Shown here one piece after another: positions 38,517-49,060 of a DNA stretch of 56,296 bases; position 1 is the stretch's first letter; every line of letters begins with the position of its first letter. The position numbers were made by a program, and so were the translations under genes. The stretch comes from Candidatus Woesearchaeota archaeon. Its GTDB lineage: Archaea > Nanobdellota > Nanobdellia > Pacearchaeales > UBA284. The stretch covers positions 135,671-191,966 of the forward strand of contig CAYGZP010000002.1 of assembly GCA_964354405.1 (NCBI GenBank), given 5' to 3'. The notes beneath the pieces are model-generated. The model saw nothing but the letters and a program-made list of their open reading frames with translations. It was not told the origin of the DNA and did no database searches.

Positions 38517-41500
38517 ATGGAGCCGATAATTAAACAAGTCCGAGAGATTCAATTTTCATTGTTCTCTCCCGAACAAATCAAGAAGTTTGGCGCAGTTAAG
38601 ATTGTAACTCCTGAGCTTTATGACATGGATGGCTATCCAGTTGATGGGGGCTTAATGGACTTGAGACTAGGAGCCACTGGCCCAGGAATAAGATGTCGAA
38701 CTTGTGGCGGAATGTTGAAAGAGTGCTTGGGGCATTTTGGTTTTATTGAGCTCGCTCGTTCTATTCTACATATAAAATTCCTTCCACTCATCGAGTTATG
38801 CTTGAAAAGCACTTGTAAGGATTGTGGCCGCATCCTTCTAAGCGAAGAAGATATCAAACTGAAGAAAATTGAGAAAGCAAAGACAGCTAAAAAATGTCCA
38901 TACTGCGGTGTAAAACAAGATAAAGTAAAGCTAGATAAACCTTCAAGTTTCTATATCGGTAAATCAAGGATATTCCCGACTGAGATTCGCGAAAAACTTG
39001 TGCGAATCAGCGACGAGGATTGTAAAGTTCTTGGAATAAATCCAAAATCGTGCCGCCCAGAATGGAGCATCCTTACATTGCTTTTAGTCCCTCCTGTAAC
39101 TGTTCGTCCTTCAATCACTCTAGAGACAGGAGAAAGAAGCGAGGATGACTTGACTCATAAACTAAGCGACATTGTAAGGGCCAATCAGAGATTATGGGAA
39201 AACTTAAATGCTGGAGCGCCAGAAGTCATCATCGAGGACCTATGGGACTTGTTACAATATCATGTCACAACTTTCTTTGATAATACAATTATGCATGTTC
39301 CTCCTGCTCGTCATAGAAGCGGCCAGCCTCTAAAGACAATAACCGAGAGAATCAAGGGCAAGGAAGGAAGAATTCGCCATAATCTTGCTGGCAAGCGAGT
39401 CAACTTCAGCTCAAGAACAGTCATCTCGCCAGATCCTTACATCGAGCTAAATGAAGTCGGCGTTCCTTATGAAGTCGCGAAAGTTTTGACAATCCCAGAG
39501 CGAGCAACTATCCAGAATATGGAAACCTTGAGAGCAGCTGTGAGGAAAAAAGATTATCCAGCAGCAAGCAGCATCGTAAGGCCAGATGGAAAGAGAAAAA
39601 GAATCACAGAGGATTTGCGAGAACAGCTTACAGAAGAGGTTAACTTAGGATATTTAGTCGAGAGACACATACAAGACAATGATATAGTTCTTTTCAACAG
39701 ACATCCCTCGCTGCACAGAATGTCTTTGATGGGCCATTATGTTAAAGTGCTTCCTGGAAGAACTTTCAGGATCCATCCTGCAACAACCTTTCCCTATAAT
39801 GCAGATTTCGATGGGGATGAGATGAACATCCATGTTCCGCAGACAGAAGAGGCAAGAGCCGAAGCCAAAGTTCTCCTTGACGTGATGAAACAGCTAATCT
39901 CGCCAAAGATAAACGCGAATGTATTCGGCTGCATAGAAGACGCAATCACAGGAATCTATCTCTTGACATCAGCTGAAAAAATAGACCGGGATTTTGCATT
40001 CCAGTTATTAATCGCATGCGGGGCAGACCCAGAGACATTGAGCTTGAAAGAAAATGTCAATGGTCGCGATGTTTTTTCCGCGCTCCTTCCAAAGATAAAC
40101 TTCGAAGCAAAGACAAAAGCTTGCAGAGGACAGGGCTGTCCTTATTTTGATAGATGCAAGAAAGAAGATTGCCCGAACAAAGCTTATGTTTCAATTAAAA
40201 ATGGCAGGTTAGTCTCGGGAATCATAGATGAAAAAATCATTGGAGTTGAGACAAACACACTTATAAGAGAATTAGACAGACAAACAGGAAGAAAAGAGAC
40301 CATGTCTTTCTTGAAAAAGATATTCTTGCTCGGAGTGTTATACTTAACAAGAGTAGGCTTCACAATCGCGCTTTCAGACATCAAGACAACAGAAGCTGTT
40401 AAAGGAAAAGTAAATAATATCATAGAAGATGCTGAAAAGAAAGTCGAGAAAGTCATAGAATCTTATTATGCCAATTCACTTGAGGTTATTCCTGGAAAGA
40501 CAGCTGAAGAAACCCGAGAAATCAAGATTCTGCAGGTTTTGAATGAAGTCAGAACAAAGAGCGGCGAGGAGCTCAAGAAAGAAATCAATCCAAACAATCC
40601 TGCTTACATTATGACAGTCTGCGGAGCAAGAGGCTCGTTGTTATTCTTGACACAGATGGCATCTCTTGTAGGACAACAGGCATTATGGGCAAAGAGAATC
40701 AATTTCGGATATACAAACAGAACACTATCATTCTACAAAGCAAATGATTTCAGCGCCCATGCAGGCGGTTTCATCTACTCAAGCTACTTGAAGGGCTTAA
40801 AATCAGACGAGTTTTTCTTTACAGCCATGACAGGCCGAGACTCCCTGATGGATACAGCATTAAGAACCCCTAAATCAGGATATTTATACAGAAGGTTAGC
40901 TAACGCGCTGCAAGACTTGCGAGTTGAATATGATGGCAGTGTCCGCGATTCCAATTCAAATTTGATTCAATTTGAATACGGAGAAGATGGAATTGACATC
41001 ACTCGAGAGCATCTTGAGAATAACAAAATCGCTCCAGGAGAAGCAGTTGGAATAATCACCGCCCAAAGTTTTGGCGAGCCGTCAACTCAGATGACTTTGA
41101 ATGTGTTCCACTTCGCCGGAGTTTCAGAAATGCAGGTTACAGTCGGATTGCCAAGATTGATAGAAATCTTCGACGCAAGAAAAGAACCCTCAACTCCTTC
41201 AATGGAGATTTATCTCGAGCGCGAATTCAATAATGAAGACAGCGCAAAGAAACTCGCGGCAAAGATAAAGGAAGTAAGGTTGGGGGATGTGGCCTCAGAA
41301 ATAATATTGGATTTCAACAATTCAAAGATAAACATAAAGTTCAACAAAGAGATTCTGCGGGACTTGCATCTAACCACAGACAAGATAATCGCAGCTTTGG
41401 AAGAGAAACATTGGAAAGCCCGGGCAATCGAAGACGGGATTTCAGTGCGCGAGGAAGAAAAAGATTTCAAGAAACTGCACAAATTAAAAGAAAAGCTTAA

Positions 41501-42074
41501 GGAAAGGGTAGTAGGCGGAGTCAAAGGAATCAAACAGATATTATTGACAAAACGCGATAATAATTATATAATTCTCACTGCTGGTTCGAACCTTGAAGAT
41601 ATTTTTCAGCTCAAAGGAATCGACAAGGAAAAGACAACCACAAATAATGTTTATGAAATCATGAGAGTTCTTGGCATAGAAGCTGCAAGGCAAGCAATAA
41701 TGAACGAAGCCCAGAAAGTCATAGACAAGCAGGGCATTGACATTAATGCTAAACATATCAAGCTCGTGGCAGATGCCATGACTCACAGCGGCACAATCAA
41801 AGGAGTCACAAGAGTCGGAATAATCAGCGACAAATCTTCTATTCTCGCCCGAGCTTCTTTCGAAACTCCAATAAAACATTTTGTCAATGCCGCAATTGCC
41901 AATTCAACAGACCATCTTGTCAGTGTCATAGAAAATCTTATCCTCAACCAGCCTGTTCCAGTAGGAACCGGACTGCCAGGACTCTTAGTAAAAATAGTAA
42001 AACCAGAAGCTTTAGCAAGAGAAGTGCCAAAAGAAAAGAAGAAAGAAAAGGAAAAGCCAAAAAAGAAGAAGTAA
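38517..42074 (+). CDS. rpoA1: RNA polymerase subunit A, fused A'+A'' (Rpo1)
   Basis: NADFDGDEMN catalytic motif; YGEDG runs directly into GEAVGIITAQSFGEPSTQMTL; ARASFET. Confidence 0.96.
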   Translation: MEPIIKQVREIQFSLFSPEQIKKFGAVKIVTPELYDMDGYPVDGGLMDLRLGATGPGIRCRTCGGMLKECLGHFGFIELARSILHIKFLPLIELCLKSTCKDCGRILLSEEDIKLKKIEKAKTAKKCPYCGVKQDKVKLDKPSSFYIGKSRIFPTEIREKLVRISDEDCKVLGINPKSCRPEWSILTLLLVPPVTVRPSITLETGERSEDDLTHKLSDIVRANQRLWENLNAGAPEVIIEDLWDLLQYHVTTFFDNTIMHVPPARHRSGQPLKTITERIKGKEGRIRHNLAGKRVNFSSRTVISPDPYIELNEVGVPYEVAKVLTIPERATIQNMETLRAAVRKKDYPAASSIVRPDGKRKRITEDLREQLTEEVNLGYLVERHIQDNDIVLFNRHPSLHRMSLMGHYVKVLPGRTFRIHPATTFPYNADFDGDEMNIHVPQTEEARAEAKVLLDVMKQLISPKINANVFGCIEDAITGIYLLTSAEKIDRDFAFQLLIACGADPETLSLKENVNGRDVFSALLPKINFEAKTKACRGQGCPYFDRCKKEDCPNKAYVSIKNGRLVSGIIDEKIIGVETNTLIRELDRQTGRKETMSFLKKIFLLGVLYLTRVGFTIALSDIKTTEAVKGKVNNIIEDAEKKVEKVIESYYANSLEVIPGKTAEETREIKILQVLNEVRTKSGEELKKEINPNNPAYIMTVCGARGSLLFLTQMASLVGQQALWAKRINFGYTNRTLSFYKANDFSAHAGGFIYSSYLKGLKSDEFFFTAMTGRDSLMDTALRTPKSGYLYRRLANALQDLRVEYDGSVRDSNSNLIQFEYGEDGIDITREHLENNKIAPGEAVGIITAQSFGEPSTQMTLNVFHFAGVSEMQVTVGLPRLIEIFDARKEPSTPSMEIYLEREFNNEDSAKKLAAKIKEVRLGDVASEIILDFNNSKINIKFNKEILRDLHLTTDKIIAALEEKHWKARAIEDGISVREEEKDFKKLHKLKEKLKERVVGGVKGIKQILLTKRDNNYIILTAGSNLEDIFQLKGIDKEKTTTNNVYEIMRVLGIEAARQAIMNEAQKVIDKQGIDINAKHIKLVADAMTHSGTIKGVTRVGIISDKSSILARASFETPIKHFVNAAIANSTDHLVSVIENLILNQPVPVGTGLPGLLVKIVKPEALAREVPKEKKKEKEKPKKKK

Positions 42075-42135
42075 ACTTAAAATAAACTGAAAAATTAAAA
42101 GCAAAATAAATAAAGACTATAAAAATTAAATAAAA

Positions 42136-42459
42136 ATGTCAAAATTAATTGAGAATTTGTTAGGAGAAATTAAAGAAAACCGAGCCATTTATGGAAGCAA
42201 GGTTGCTCTAAAGCAGCTAAAAAAAGGCATTGTAGAGAAAATTTATATTGCCAATGACTGCCCTTTAGACATAGAGGAAAAGTTAAAAGAAGCGGAGGCA
42301 AACATAATCAAGCTTGATGTAACAAAAGAGATGTTAAAAGACATGTGCAAAACCCAATTCAATATTTCTGTCATATCGATAATCAAAGAAGGTGAGGAAG
42401 GCAAAGTAGAATCAGCTAAGGAAGAAAAAGAGAAAAAAGCGGGAAGAAAGAGGAAATGA
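42136..42459 (+). CDS. rpl30e: Ribosomal protein L30e
   Basis: YGSKVALKQLKKG, IANDCP; canonical operon position. Confidence 0.85.
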   Translation: MSKLIENLLGEIKENRAIYGSKVALKQLKKGIVEKIYIANDCPLDIEEKLKEAEANIIKLDVTKEMLKDMCKTQFNISVISIIKEGEEGKVESAKEEKEKKAGRKRK

Positions 42460-42505
42460 AGAACAAAAAGAAAGAGAATAAGGAAGAGACTGAAGAGAAA
42501 TAAAA

Positions 42506-42925
42506 ATGAAAGTTAAGCTTGATTTAAGATCTATACAATATATGAACTTATTCGAAAGAATAACTCATGTAAAGGCAAAATATTGCTTCGATTACAATAC
42601 AAATATAATATTTATAGTGCCAAGATTCTTGATGAACCGCGCATTGGGAGAAAGGGCAAAAAATATTTTTAGATTAGAGCAGCAGATGCATAGAAAAGTG
42701 AGGATTATCGCCAATCCTCAGGGAATAGATGACGCAGGGAGATTTGTTCGAGCAATAATATTCCCGCACGAATTCAAGAATATAGTTATAGAAAACAATG
42801 AGATGTATATTTTCATTGCACAAAGGACAAAAGCCGCGATTATAGGCAGAAACAAAACTCGATTGGAAGAACTATCAGATATTTTAGATAAATTCTTCGG
42901 AATTAAAAAAGTTATAATCAAGTAA
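42506..42925 (+). CDS. nusA: Archaeal NusA (KH domains)
   Basis: MNLFERIT, ALGERAKNI, IIGRNK; position after L30e. Confidence 0.88.
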   Translation: MKVKLDLRSIQYMNLFERITHVKAKYCFDYNTNIIFIVPRFLMNRALGERAKNIFRLEQQMHRKVRIIANPQGIDDAGRFVRAIIFPHEFKNIVIENNEMYIFIAQRTKAAIIGRNKTRLEELSDILDKFFGIKKVIIK

Positions 42926-42953
42926 AATAAAATAAGCACCCCCAAACAAGAAT

Positions 42954-43481
42954 ATGACATATGAGCCCCAAGAGGATTCTTTTCTTCTATTGAAACATAT
43001 TAAGAACAATATCATATCAAAGGATAAAGTCTTGGATATGGGCACTGGTTCAGGAATTCTTGCAAGAGAAGTCTCAAAGTTCTCAAAAAAAGTTACAGCA
43101 ATAGATATCGACAATAAAATAATAAACAGGTTAATGGCAAAACAGGATGTTCATAAAATAAATTACCTGCATTCGGATTTATTCGCGAATATAAAAAGCA
43201 ACGACAGGTTTAATGTAATACTGTTCAATCCCCCCTATCTGCCGAGCAGAGGAATCCAACATATTGACTTGGATGGCGGCAAGAATGGCACCGAGATTAT
43301 GGAAAGATTCCTGAAGAATGCTCGAGCACATTTAGAAACTAAAGGGAAGATATTTTTACTTTGCAGTTCATTGAACAAAGATATCGAGAAGATTTTCACA
43401 AAATACAATTACAATTTCAGGAAAATTGACGAGACAAGTTTATTTTTCGAAAAGTTGTTTGTTTATGAAATTAGAATTTAA
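42954..43481 (+). CDS. HemK2/MTQ2-family protein methyltransferase
   Basis: YEPQEDSFLL, LDMGTGSG, FNPPYLP, LDGG. Confidence 0.9.
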   Translation: MTYEPQEDSFLLLKHIKNNIISKDKVLDMGTGSGILAREVSKFSKKVTAIDIDNKIINRLMAKQDVHKINYLHSDLFANIKSNDRFNVILFNPPYLPSRGIQHIDLDGGKNGTEIMERFLKNARAHLETKGKIFLLCSSLNKDIEKIFTKYNYNFRKIDETSLFFEKLFVYEIRI

Positions 43482-43524
43482 CCGAAGAATTCCATTATTC
43501 TGCGACTAGTAATAAAATATGTTC

Positions 43525-44007
43525 TTATCTGTTTATTAAATTATTTATTTCCTCCCTGATTTTTCTAATATCTCTTTCGTTAATTTTTGCTAAAACCTCT
43601 TTTGATTTATTGACAAAAGAAATGGCTTTAGATATAATGAAATTAAAATCAGCTTCAGAAACTATTTTATCTACATAATATTGGGAAATATTCCTACAAT
43701 CAAATGCTTTTTCTATAATTTTTACATCTTCTTTTGAATAAAATTCTTTTAATCCTTGTTTCATAAATTCTATGCTACATGAATGAATTTCACATTTAAT
43801 CCCGATTTTCATTAGAACAGCATAAAGAGAATAATACATAGAATAATAGCAGGCAGAAATTGCAAAAGTTCTATTTAATCCTTTTTCTCTATTCATTGTT
43901 CCCAAAGCACCTTCTGCCATTTTAGTATATCCTTTTGAAAGATTATCATTCTGCTCAATTAATTTTATCCCGTCTTTCTGAGAACAGCACCATTTCAAGC
44001 TGGCCAT
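43525..44007 (-). CDS. HEPN domain protein (MNT-HEPN pair 2)
   Basis: YYSMYYS...CEIH...RNISQYY. Confidence 0.8.
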   Translation of the reverse strand: MASLKWCCSQKDGIKLIEQNDNLSKGYTKMAEGALGTMNREKGLNRTFAISACYYSMYYSLYAVLMKIGIKCEIHSCSIEFMKQGLKEFYSKEDVKIIEKAFDCRNISQYYVDKIVSEADFNFIISKAISFVNKSKEVLAKINERDIRKIREEINNLINR

Positions 44008-44564
44008 ATTAAATCTATAAATTCCTCCAGTCCTTTTAATATTATATGATTCTTTATTATTTCTTTGATAAAAATATTTTGTCTATTAAATTTTCGCTTA
44101 GATGATTTAACAATATTTATCTTTAATCCATATAAGCTCTCCAAGTCTTTTATCTCTTTAATTTTCCCAATCACAAAAACATCCACGTCCGACTTTTCGC
44201 TTGAAGAAAAATTTGCATAACTGCCTAAAATTATCAATATCCCAAAACATCTTTTCTCTAATTCAACGAATAATTCCTGCAATTTATCATATTTTTCAAG
44301 AAACTTCATTTTTCTGTTGATCTCAACGAGTTTAATTACCTCTTTAATTTTCGGATTAGAAAAATTAAGGAAATAGTATTTATTTTTTCCTTCTGTAGAA
44401 AACTTAAGAACATGCTGTTTTTCCAGTTTTTTTAATATATTTGAAACTGTTTTCTGGTTCATTTTCAATTTTCTTGCTATTTCTCTTCCATAAATTTTTT
44501 TATTATAATCTGAAGAAAATTCGCTCAAAACAGAGATTTCTTTGTCGAGTACCATATTACTCAT
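43995..44564 (-). CDS. HTH + minimal nucleotidyltransferase (MNT)
   Basis: GREIARKL HTH; LGSYAN...SDVDV. Confidence 0.85.
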   Translation of the reverse strand: MSNMVLDKEISVLSEFSSDYNKKIYGREIARKLKMNQKTVSNILKKLEKQHVLKFSTEGKNKYYFLNFSNPKIKEVIKLVEINRKMKFLEKYDKLQELFVELEKRCFGILIILGSYANFSSSEKSDVDVFVIGKIKEIKDLESLYGLKINIVKSSKRKFNRQNIFIKEIIKNHIILKGLEEFIDLIWPA

Positions 44565-44677
44565 CTGAGTAAATAGTTATTTATAAACCTTTCTGTTATG
44601 CCAGAGCCTTTTTCTTCGAAAAGCTGTTTGTTTATCTTCTTGATTAAATTTAAAAATTGCCATATCTTATAATAAAA

Positions 44678-44935
44678 ATGGATTACAACTTAGAGATTGA
44701 AAAAGTCATCAAGGCGATAAAGAAGCAGAAAGCCGCGAGAGTTCTGATTCAACTTCCAGAAGGATTGAAAACTCGCGCTCCAAAGCTCGCAGAAGAAATC
44801 GAATCAAAAACAAAAGCTCAAGTCTTGATTTGGATAGGCTCATGCTATGGCGCCTGTGACTTGCCCCAAGACCTAGAAAAATTGAACATAGATTTAGTCA
44901 TTCAGTTCGGCCACAGCCAGTGGCCTTTCAAATAA
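44678..44935 (+). CDS. dph2: Diphthamide synthesis Dph2, N-terminal domain only
   Basis: VLIQLPEGLK, GSCYGACD, IQFGHS; 85 aa from ATG 44678. Confidence 0.8.
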   Translation: MDYNLEIEKVIKAIKKQKAARVLIQLPEGLKTRAPKLAEEIESKTKAQVLIWIGSCYGACDLPQDLEKLNIDLVIQFGHSQWPFK

Positions 44936-44949
44936 ATTAGATAAAAAAA

Positions 44950-45492
44950 TCAGAATAAAGTTTTTGTAAAATCTTCAATTTCTTTAGAATCAACCACTTC
45001 TTTATAATCCTTGATAAATTGCGCAACAATAAATTTTGTTTTGTATTTCTTGCAGAACCTCGCGTTCTGTAGGATTCTTCCAAGCAAAATCGCTCTGTCT
45101 TTCTTGTCTTTTTTCAAAAACTCTGAAAAATTCTCAATAATCATCTTGTTGTTGTCGCGAGCAATCTTGCAAAGCACTTGATTCAAGCCCGAGTTTCTGT
45201 AATGTGTATAATCAAAGGTTCTTTCAAACTCGGGCGAGATTAAAGCCCTGACTTTTTTGTGCTCCAGAGCAACGCGGTTAATCTTATCCGAGAATCCCAA
45301 AACATAAATATCAAAATAGTTCGCAGCCTTGTCAATCATCCTTCTCAAAAGCTCAGCATTGCTAGTTTTCAGCAGCATAGCTTCATAACTCTCGCTTTCT
45401 CTTTTATTTATGTCCTCGATTTTAGAGATTTCCTTGATAAATATTATATCTTTTTTGTTGCTGTTTCTTTTTCCTATGAAAAACATTTTCAT
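44950..45492 (-). CDS. RNase P subunit Rpp30-like protein
   Basis: NRVALE, SGLNQVLCKIARDNN, RFCKKYK. Confidence 0.75.
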   Translation of the reverse strand: MKMFFIGKRNSNKKDIIFIKEISKIEDINKRESESYEAMLLKTSNAELLRRMIDKAANYFDIYVLGFSDKINRVALEHKKVRALISPEFERTFDYTHYRNSGLNQVLCKIARDNNKMIIENFSEFLKKDKKDRAILLGRILQNARFCKKYKTKFIVAQFIKDYKEVVDSKEIEDFTKTLF

Positions 45493-45495
45493 TTT

Positions 45496-45783
45496 TTATT
45501 TTATCACAAACAAGTTTGAATCTTTAACTTTGAATAATCCTATTCTTGCGCCGCAATCAAGCCATCCATGAGAATAATTCAAAGCCGCAAAAGCATTTAC
45601 AAAATTTCCTTTTTTCTCAAACCACTTGGCATCTTCATAATAGCGAGATGCCATATCCAAAACTTCTTCTGCCTCTGCCTTTCTTTTGCTATCAAGAGCT
45701 TTTTTCGCCATGACAAGCGCCTTGCCAGTAATTTCAAAATATTTTTTCAATTTATCTTTCGCGATTACATTTTCTTGGTTCAT
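45496..45783 (-). CDS. DUF357 family protein
   Basis: MASRYYEDAKWF..KG..VNAFAALNYSHGWLDCGARIG; start taken at ATG 45783. Confidence 0.85.
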   Translation of the reverse strand: MNQENVIAKDKLKKYFEITGKALVMAKKALDSKRKAEAEEVLDMASRYYEDAKWFEKKGNFVNAFAALNYSHGWLDCGARIGLFKVKDSNLFVIK

Positions 45784-45848
45784 AAATTTTATAAACACGA
45801 AGGAATTTAAAAAGCTATGCAAGATTAATAGGAAGATAAAAACAAAAA

Positions 45849-46520
45849 ATGGCTCAGACAATATTCATTGTGTTCGATGGAATTGATGGCAATGGCAAAA
45901 GCACCCAAGCTAACTTGCTTAAAGAGCATTTGGAGAAAAAAGGTTATGAAGTTTTTGCGATATCAGAGCCCTCCAAAGGCGAGCATGGACAGAAAATCGA
46001 GAATATTCTCAGGCGGAGAGAAGCTGCTCAACTCTCAAGAGAAAAGTGGGTTGAATTGTTCACTCTTGACAGGAAAGATATTGTCCATCAGATTATAGGT
46101 GCGATGAGAGCAGGGCAGATGGTTATATGCGACAGATATTATTACAGCACTCTTGCCTATCAGCTTCGCGAGGAAGAATGGCAGAGTTATGTTTCAAAAT
46201 TTCTCAAGCCAAACATAACTTTCATAATAGATGTACCTATAGAAATTGCAATTGAGCGAATAAAGGAAAAATACAAAATCACAGGGGAGAAAAAAGCTTT
46301 TTTCGAAAAAGCGCGAATCTTGAAAGAAGTCAGAAGAAAATACCTGCTCATTCCGAATTATCTGAATGACAACATCAAGATAATTGACGGCAACAGAATG
46401 GTTCGAGTAGTCTTTGAAGATATCAAAAAAGAGATAGATTTGTTGTTAAAAAGTCAGGCAAATGTCAAAGAGCATCAGACACTGGCATCTCAATCTCAAG
46501 GCTCTTTGAATAATATATAG
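45849..46520 (+). CDS. tmk: Thymidylate kinase
   Basis: FDGIDGNGKSTQ, CDRYYYSTLAYQ. Confidence 0.93.
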   Translation: MAQTIFIVFDGIDGNGKSTQANLLKEHLEKKGYEVFAISEPSKGEHGQKIENILRRREAAQLSREKWVELFTLDRKDIVHQIIGAMRAGQMVICDRYYYSTLAYQLREEEWQSYVSKFLKPNITFIIDVPIEIAIERIKEKYKITGEKKAFFEKARILKEVRRKYLLIPNYLNDNIKIIDGNRMVRVVFEDIKKEIDLLLKSQANVKEHQTLASQSQGSLNNI

Positions 46521-46963
46521 GCTTTACCTGTGTAATTTCCGTAAGCCGCGTCAGCAGGGACATAGACATTGAATGCTATCTCTTCTTGGCCATCAAGAAT
46601 AAAATTATTATGAGAAATATTAACCCATTCTGCTAATTTGCCCCGAAGCAAAATTTCAACTCTCACTGGTTTTTCTGTAGAAAGGTTAATTGTCCTAGTT
46701 GATGCGCCAGTTGGGATTATTGTGCCAAAATTTAAAACATCGCTATCAAGATTAAACCCCACATAATTCCCTACTTTGAGTCTCATGTCATAAACTTTCA
46801 CTTGTTTTAAGTCGTGTAGATAAGTAAAATAATCATAAGCAAAGATGCACAAAAAAGAGAAAATTGCCATTAAAGCAATAATCAATAATGCCAACCTTCC
46901 TGCAGAAAGTTTTTTCTTCTTAGCCCCCCTTCCCCTTCTTTTGTTTTTTTCTTTCATTTCCAA
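46496..46963 (-). CDS. Membrane-anchored Ig-like protein (surface locus)
   Basis: N-terminal TM; LNFG and VPADAAYGNYTG. Confidence 0.7.
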   Translation of the reverse strand: MEMKEKNKRRGRGAKKKKLSAGRLALLIIALMAIFSFLCIFAYDYFTYLHDLKQVKVYDMRLKVGNYVGFNLDSDVLNFGTIIPTGASTRTINLSTEKPVRVEILLRGKLAEWVNISHNNFILDGQEEIAFNVYVPADAAYGNYTGKAYILFKEP

Positions 46964-46966
46964 AAA

Positions 46967-48199
46967 TTATCTCTTTTTTATCTTAATCACTCGCTTTTCT
47001 CCCTTGCCCTTCTCAGTCATTTTTTTGAGAAGAGTGATTATCAAGATTATCAAGAGTATAACCACTAAAATCAAGGCCACTAGCAAGATAGTCAACATTG
47101 ATATTTTCACTGCTCCCTCTACAAGCCTGATCTGGCCCACTTTAGTTGTATTTTTATTCTCATAATTGACAGTGACATAAATGTTGTATGTTTCGCCAGT
47201 CAAGTTAGTCGTGTCCCAGAAAACTTGCATGGTATTGTTTTCCCAAGGCTCCATTGAAATCGGCGGGCTGTTTAAGTTAGCTACTGGCCTGCCTTCACTA
47301 TCTGAGATGATTACATTAGAATAAACCTCATTGATTTTCTGATTCCAATTGCTTTTAGCATAAATGTTCAACGTGTTCAACTGATTCTTGAGAGCCTTGT
47401 CTGTAAAATTCAAGATATCTATATAAACGTCCCCAATTCTGAAATCTCTTTCTTTGGTTGTGTGATTTCCATCATAATATACTGTAGCTACAGCAGTATA
47501 TCCGCCAATATTCATATCTTTTGTATCTAAAGTCGCTGTTAAAGTTTTTTGCTCTGCTGTTTTGAGATATTCACTATTGGTTTTTAATGTAACAACTCTG
47601 CTCTCCTCGCCAGCTTTGACATCATTGAATAGTATCTCTATTTCTCCATCAACTGTTACGGGATCTGTTCCATAATTAGTTACTACAAGAACAATAGGAA
47701 TCTTTTCTCCTTTGTTTGCATCCCCTACAAGCAACTCAAAATCAATGAACTTTCCAGGATATGCTGAAAAAACAACAACTAGCGCGCATATCCTGACTCT
47801 TGTACCAATGCTCGCACCGCCAGTTCCGCCAGCACCTCTTGTCTGGGTTTCAAGTGCGCAAACATAACCTCTGTGTTCGCCAGGCTCAAGTTCTTGGGGC
47901 AATGTCATCGTTGAAGTAAATGAGTCTGCTCCTCCAGGGGCCAAGTCTTTCAAAACATGTTTGCTGACAGTAAAATAAGGAGCCAAGTCCCCCATAAGCT
48001 CTATCTCATGATCCATGACTTTATCAGTGTTAGAGATAACTGTATAGGTATAGGTTTTTGTCAGGCCCGGAGAGAAAAAAACAAAATCCTTGACATCTCC
48101 CATTATCCCTGCAGCCAGAGCTCCTTCAGAGTTGATTGTTATAAATAATATACTCAATGCTATAAAAATAAATCCAAGATTAAGCCGGTTCATTTTCAT
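46967..48199 (-). CDS. Exported multi-Ig protein with C-terminal TM (DUF916/WxL-interacting-like layout)
   Basis: Signal peptide, three beta-sandwich-like regions, YPGK motif, C-terminal TM; paralog of 50620-51936. Confidence 0.65.
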   Translation of the reverse strand: MKMNRLNLGFIFIALSILFITINSEGALAAGIMGDVKDFVFFSPGLTKTYTYTVISNTDKVMDHEIELMGDLAPYFTVSKHVLKDLAPGGADSFTSTMTLPQELEPGEHRGYVCALETQTRGAGGTGGASIGTRVRICALVVVFSAYPGKFIDFELLVGDANKGEKIPIVLVVTNYGTDPVTVDGEIEILFNDVKAGEESRVVTLKTNSEYLKTAEQKTLTATLDTKDMNIGGYTAVATVYYDGNHTTKERDFRIGDVYIDILNFTDKALKNQLNTLNIYAKSNWNQKINEVYSNVIISDSEGRPVANLNSPPISMEPWENNTMQVFWDTTNLTGETYNIYVTVNYENKNTTKVGQIRLVEGAVKISMLTILLVALILVVILLIILIITLLKKMTEKGKGEKRVIKIKKR

Positions 48200-48234
48200 T
48201 ATAAATCCCTCTTTTTTAAATTAAAATTAACTTC

Positions 48235-48891
48235 TTAAAATACTGAGCCAGTGAAAGTCCAAGTGTCTGTCTTAGTTCCAGGAGGCGTGTTATCTGCGAT
48301 TTCTAGATAGCATCCAACCCACATCTCATCAGGATCAGATGATGAGAAGTTAGAGCATATAGTTACTGAAGTAGCATTAGCCGCAGTTCCATTATATCCA
48401 GTAGACCCATTATAAATCATTGAATAGTATTGTACTACATTAGGCAAGCCAGTACATGCAACTCCGTCTTTGTTGCCCGCGAAAACATTATATGCAATTC
48501 TTGTTCCTCCTCCTAAGAAACTCACAGCATTTTTTCCAGCAGTCATAGTCACACTAAGATTGCTATTCCCATCATTCTGTATTGACATGTTAGTTGAAGT
48601 TCCTGTTCCGTTCCAGTTGGTTATTGTTCCGTTGCTAGCGACTATAGCATAAGTATAAGAGGCATTGACAGCTCCACTTCCAAAGTCACACTCAGTGGCT
48701 GTAACATTCAAAACAGAAGAACCGATTATAGTCACATTAACATAGCCGCTTGTTCCTCTGCCAGTCATTAATCTTCCCAAAGATAATTTAGAAGCTTTGT
48801 TTATACTACTAACACTTATTACACTCCCTAAAATAGTTACTAAAACTGCAGTCACAAATAAAATCAATAATGCTTTATTCGATATATTCAT
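48235..48891 (-). CDS. Putative filament/surface subunit A
   Basis: N-terminal TM, GTSGYVNVTI, CDFGSG, SIQNDGN, KTDTWTFTG; many N-x-S/T sequons. Confidence 0.7.
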   Translation of the reverse strand: MNISNKALLILFVTAVLVTILGSVISVSSINKASKLSLGRLMTGRGTSGYVNVTIIGSSVLNVTATECDFGSGAVNASYTYAIVASNGTITNWNGTGTSTNMSIQNDGNSNLSVTMTAGKNAVSFLGGGTRIAYNVFAGNKDGVACTGLPNVVQYYSMIYNGSTGYNGTAANATSVTICSNFSSSDPDEMWVGCYLEIADNTPPGTKTDTWTFTGSVF

Positions 48892-48968
48892 TTTCTCTCT
48901 TTTATTTTTCTCTTTTTTATATTTTTTATTATAAAATTGAATATTTAAATTTAATTAATAAATTAGGA

Positions 48969-49030
48969 TTAATATTTAGCTACAACAGTGAAAGCCCAGG
49001 TGTCTGTCTTGGCTCCTGGGGGTTATATCT
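48969..49030 (-). pseudogene. Degenerate copy of the last ~20 codons of the subunit gene
   Basis: Encodes DITPGAKTDTWAFTVVAKY* versus DNTPPGSKTDTWTFTAAAKY* in 49061-49666. Confidence 0.75.
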
Positions 49031-49060
49031 ATTTTCTATTCACTCTTTAATTTAATGAAA

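Noticed and set aside
35158..41879. Short antisense or alternative-frame ORFs inside the RNAP genes, and similar nested ORFs elsewhere
   Set aside because: Nested in well-supported genes and lacking motifs
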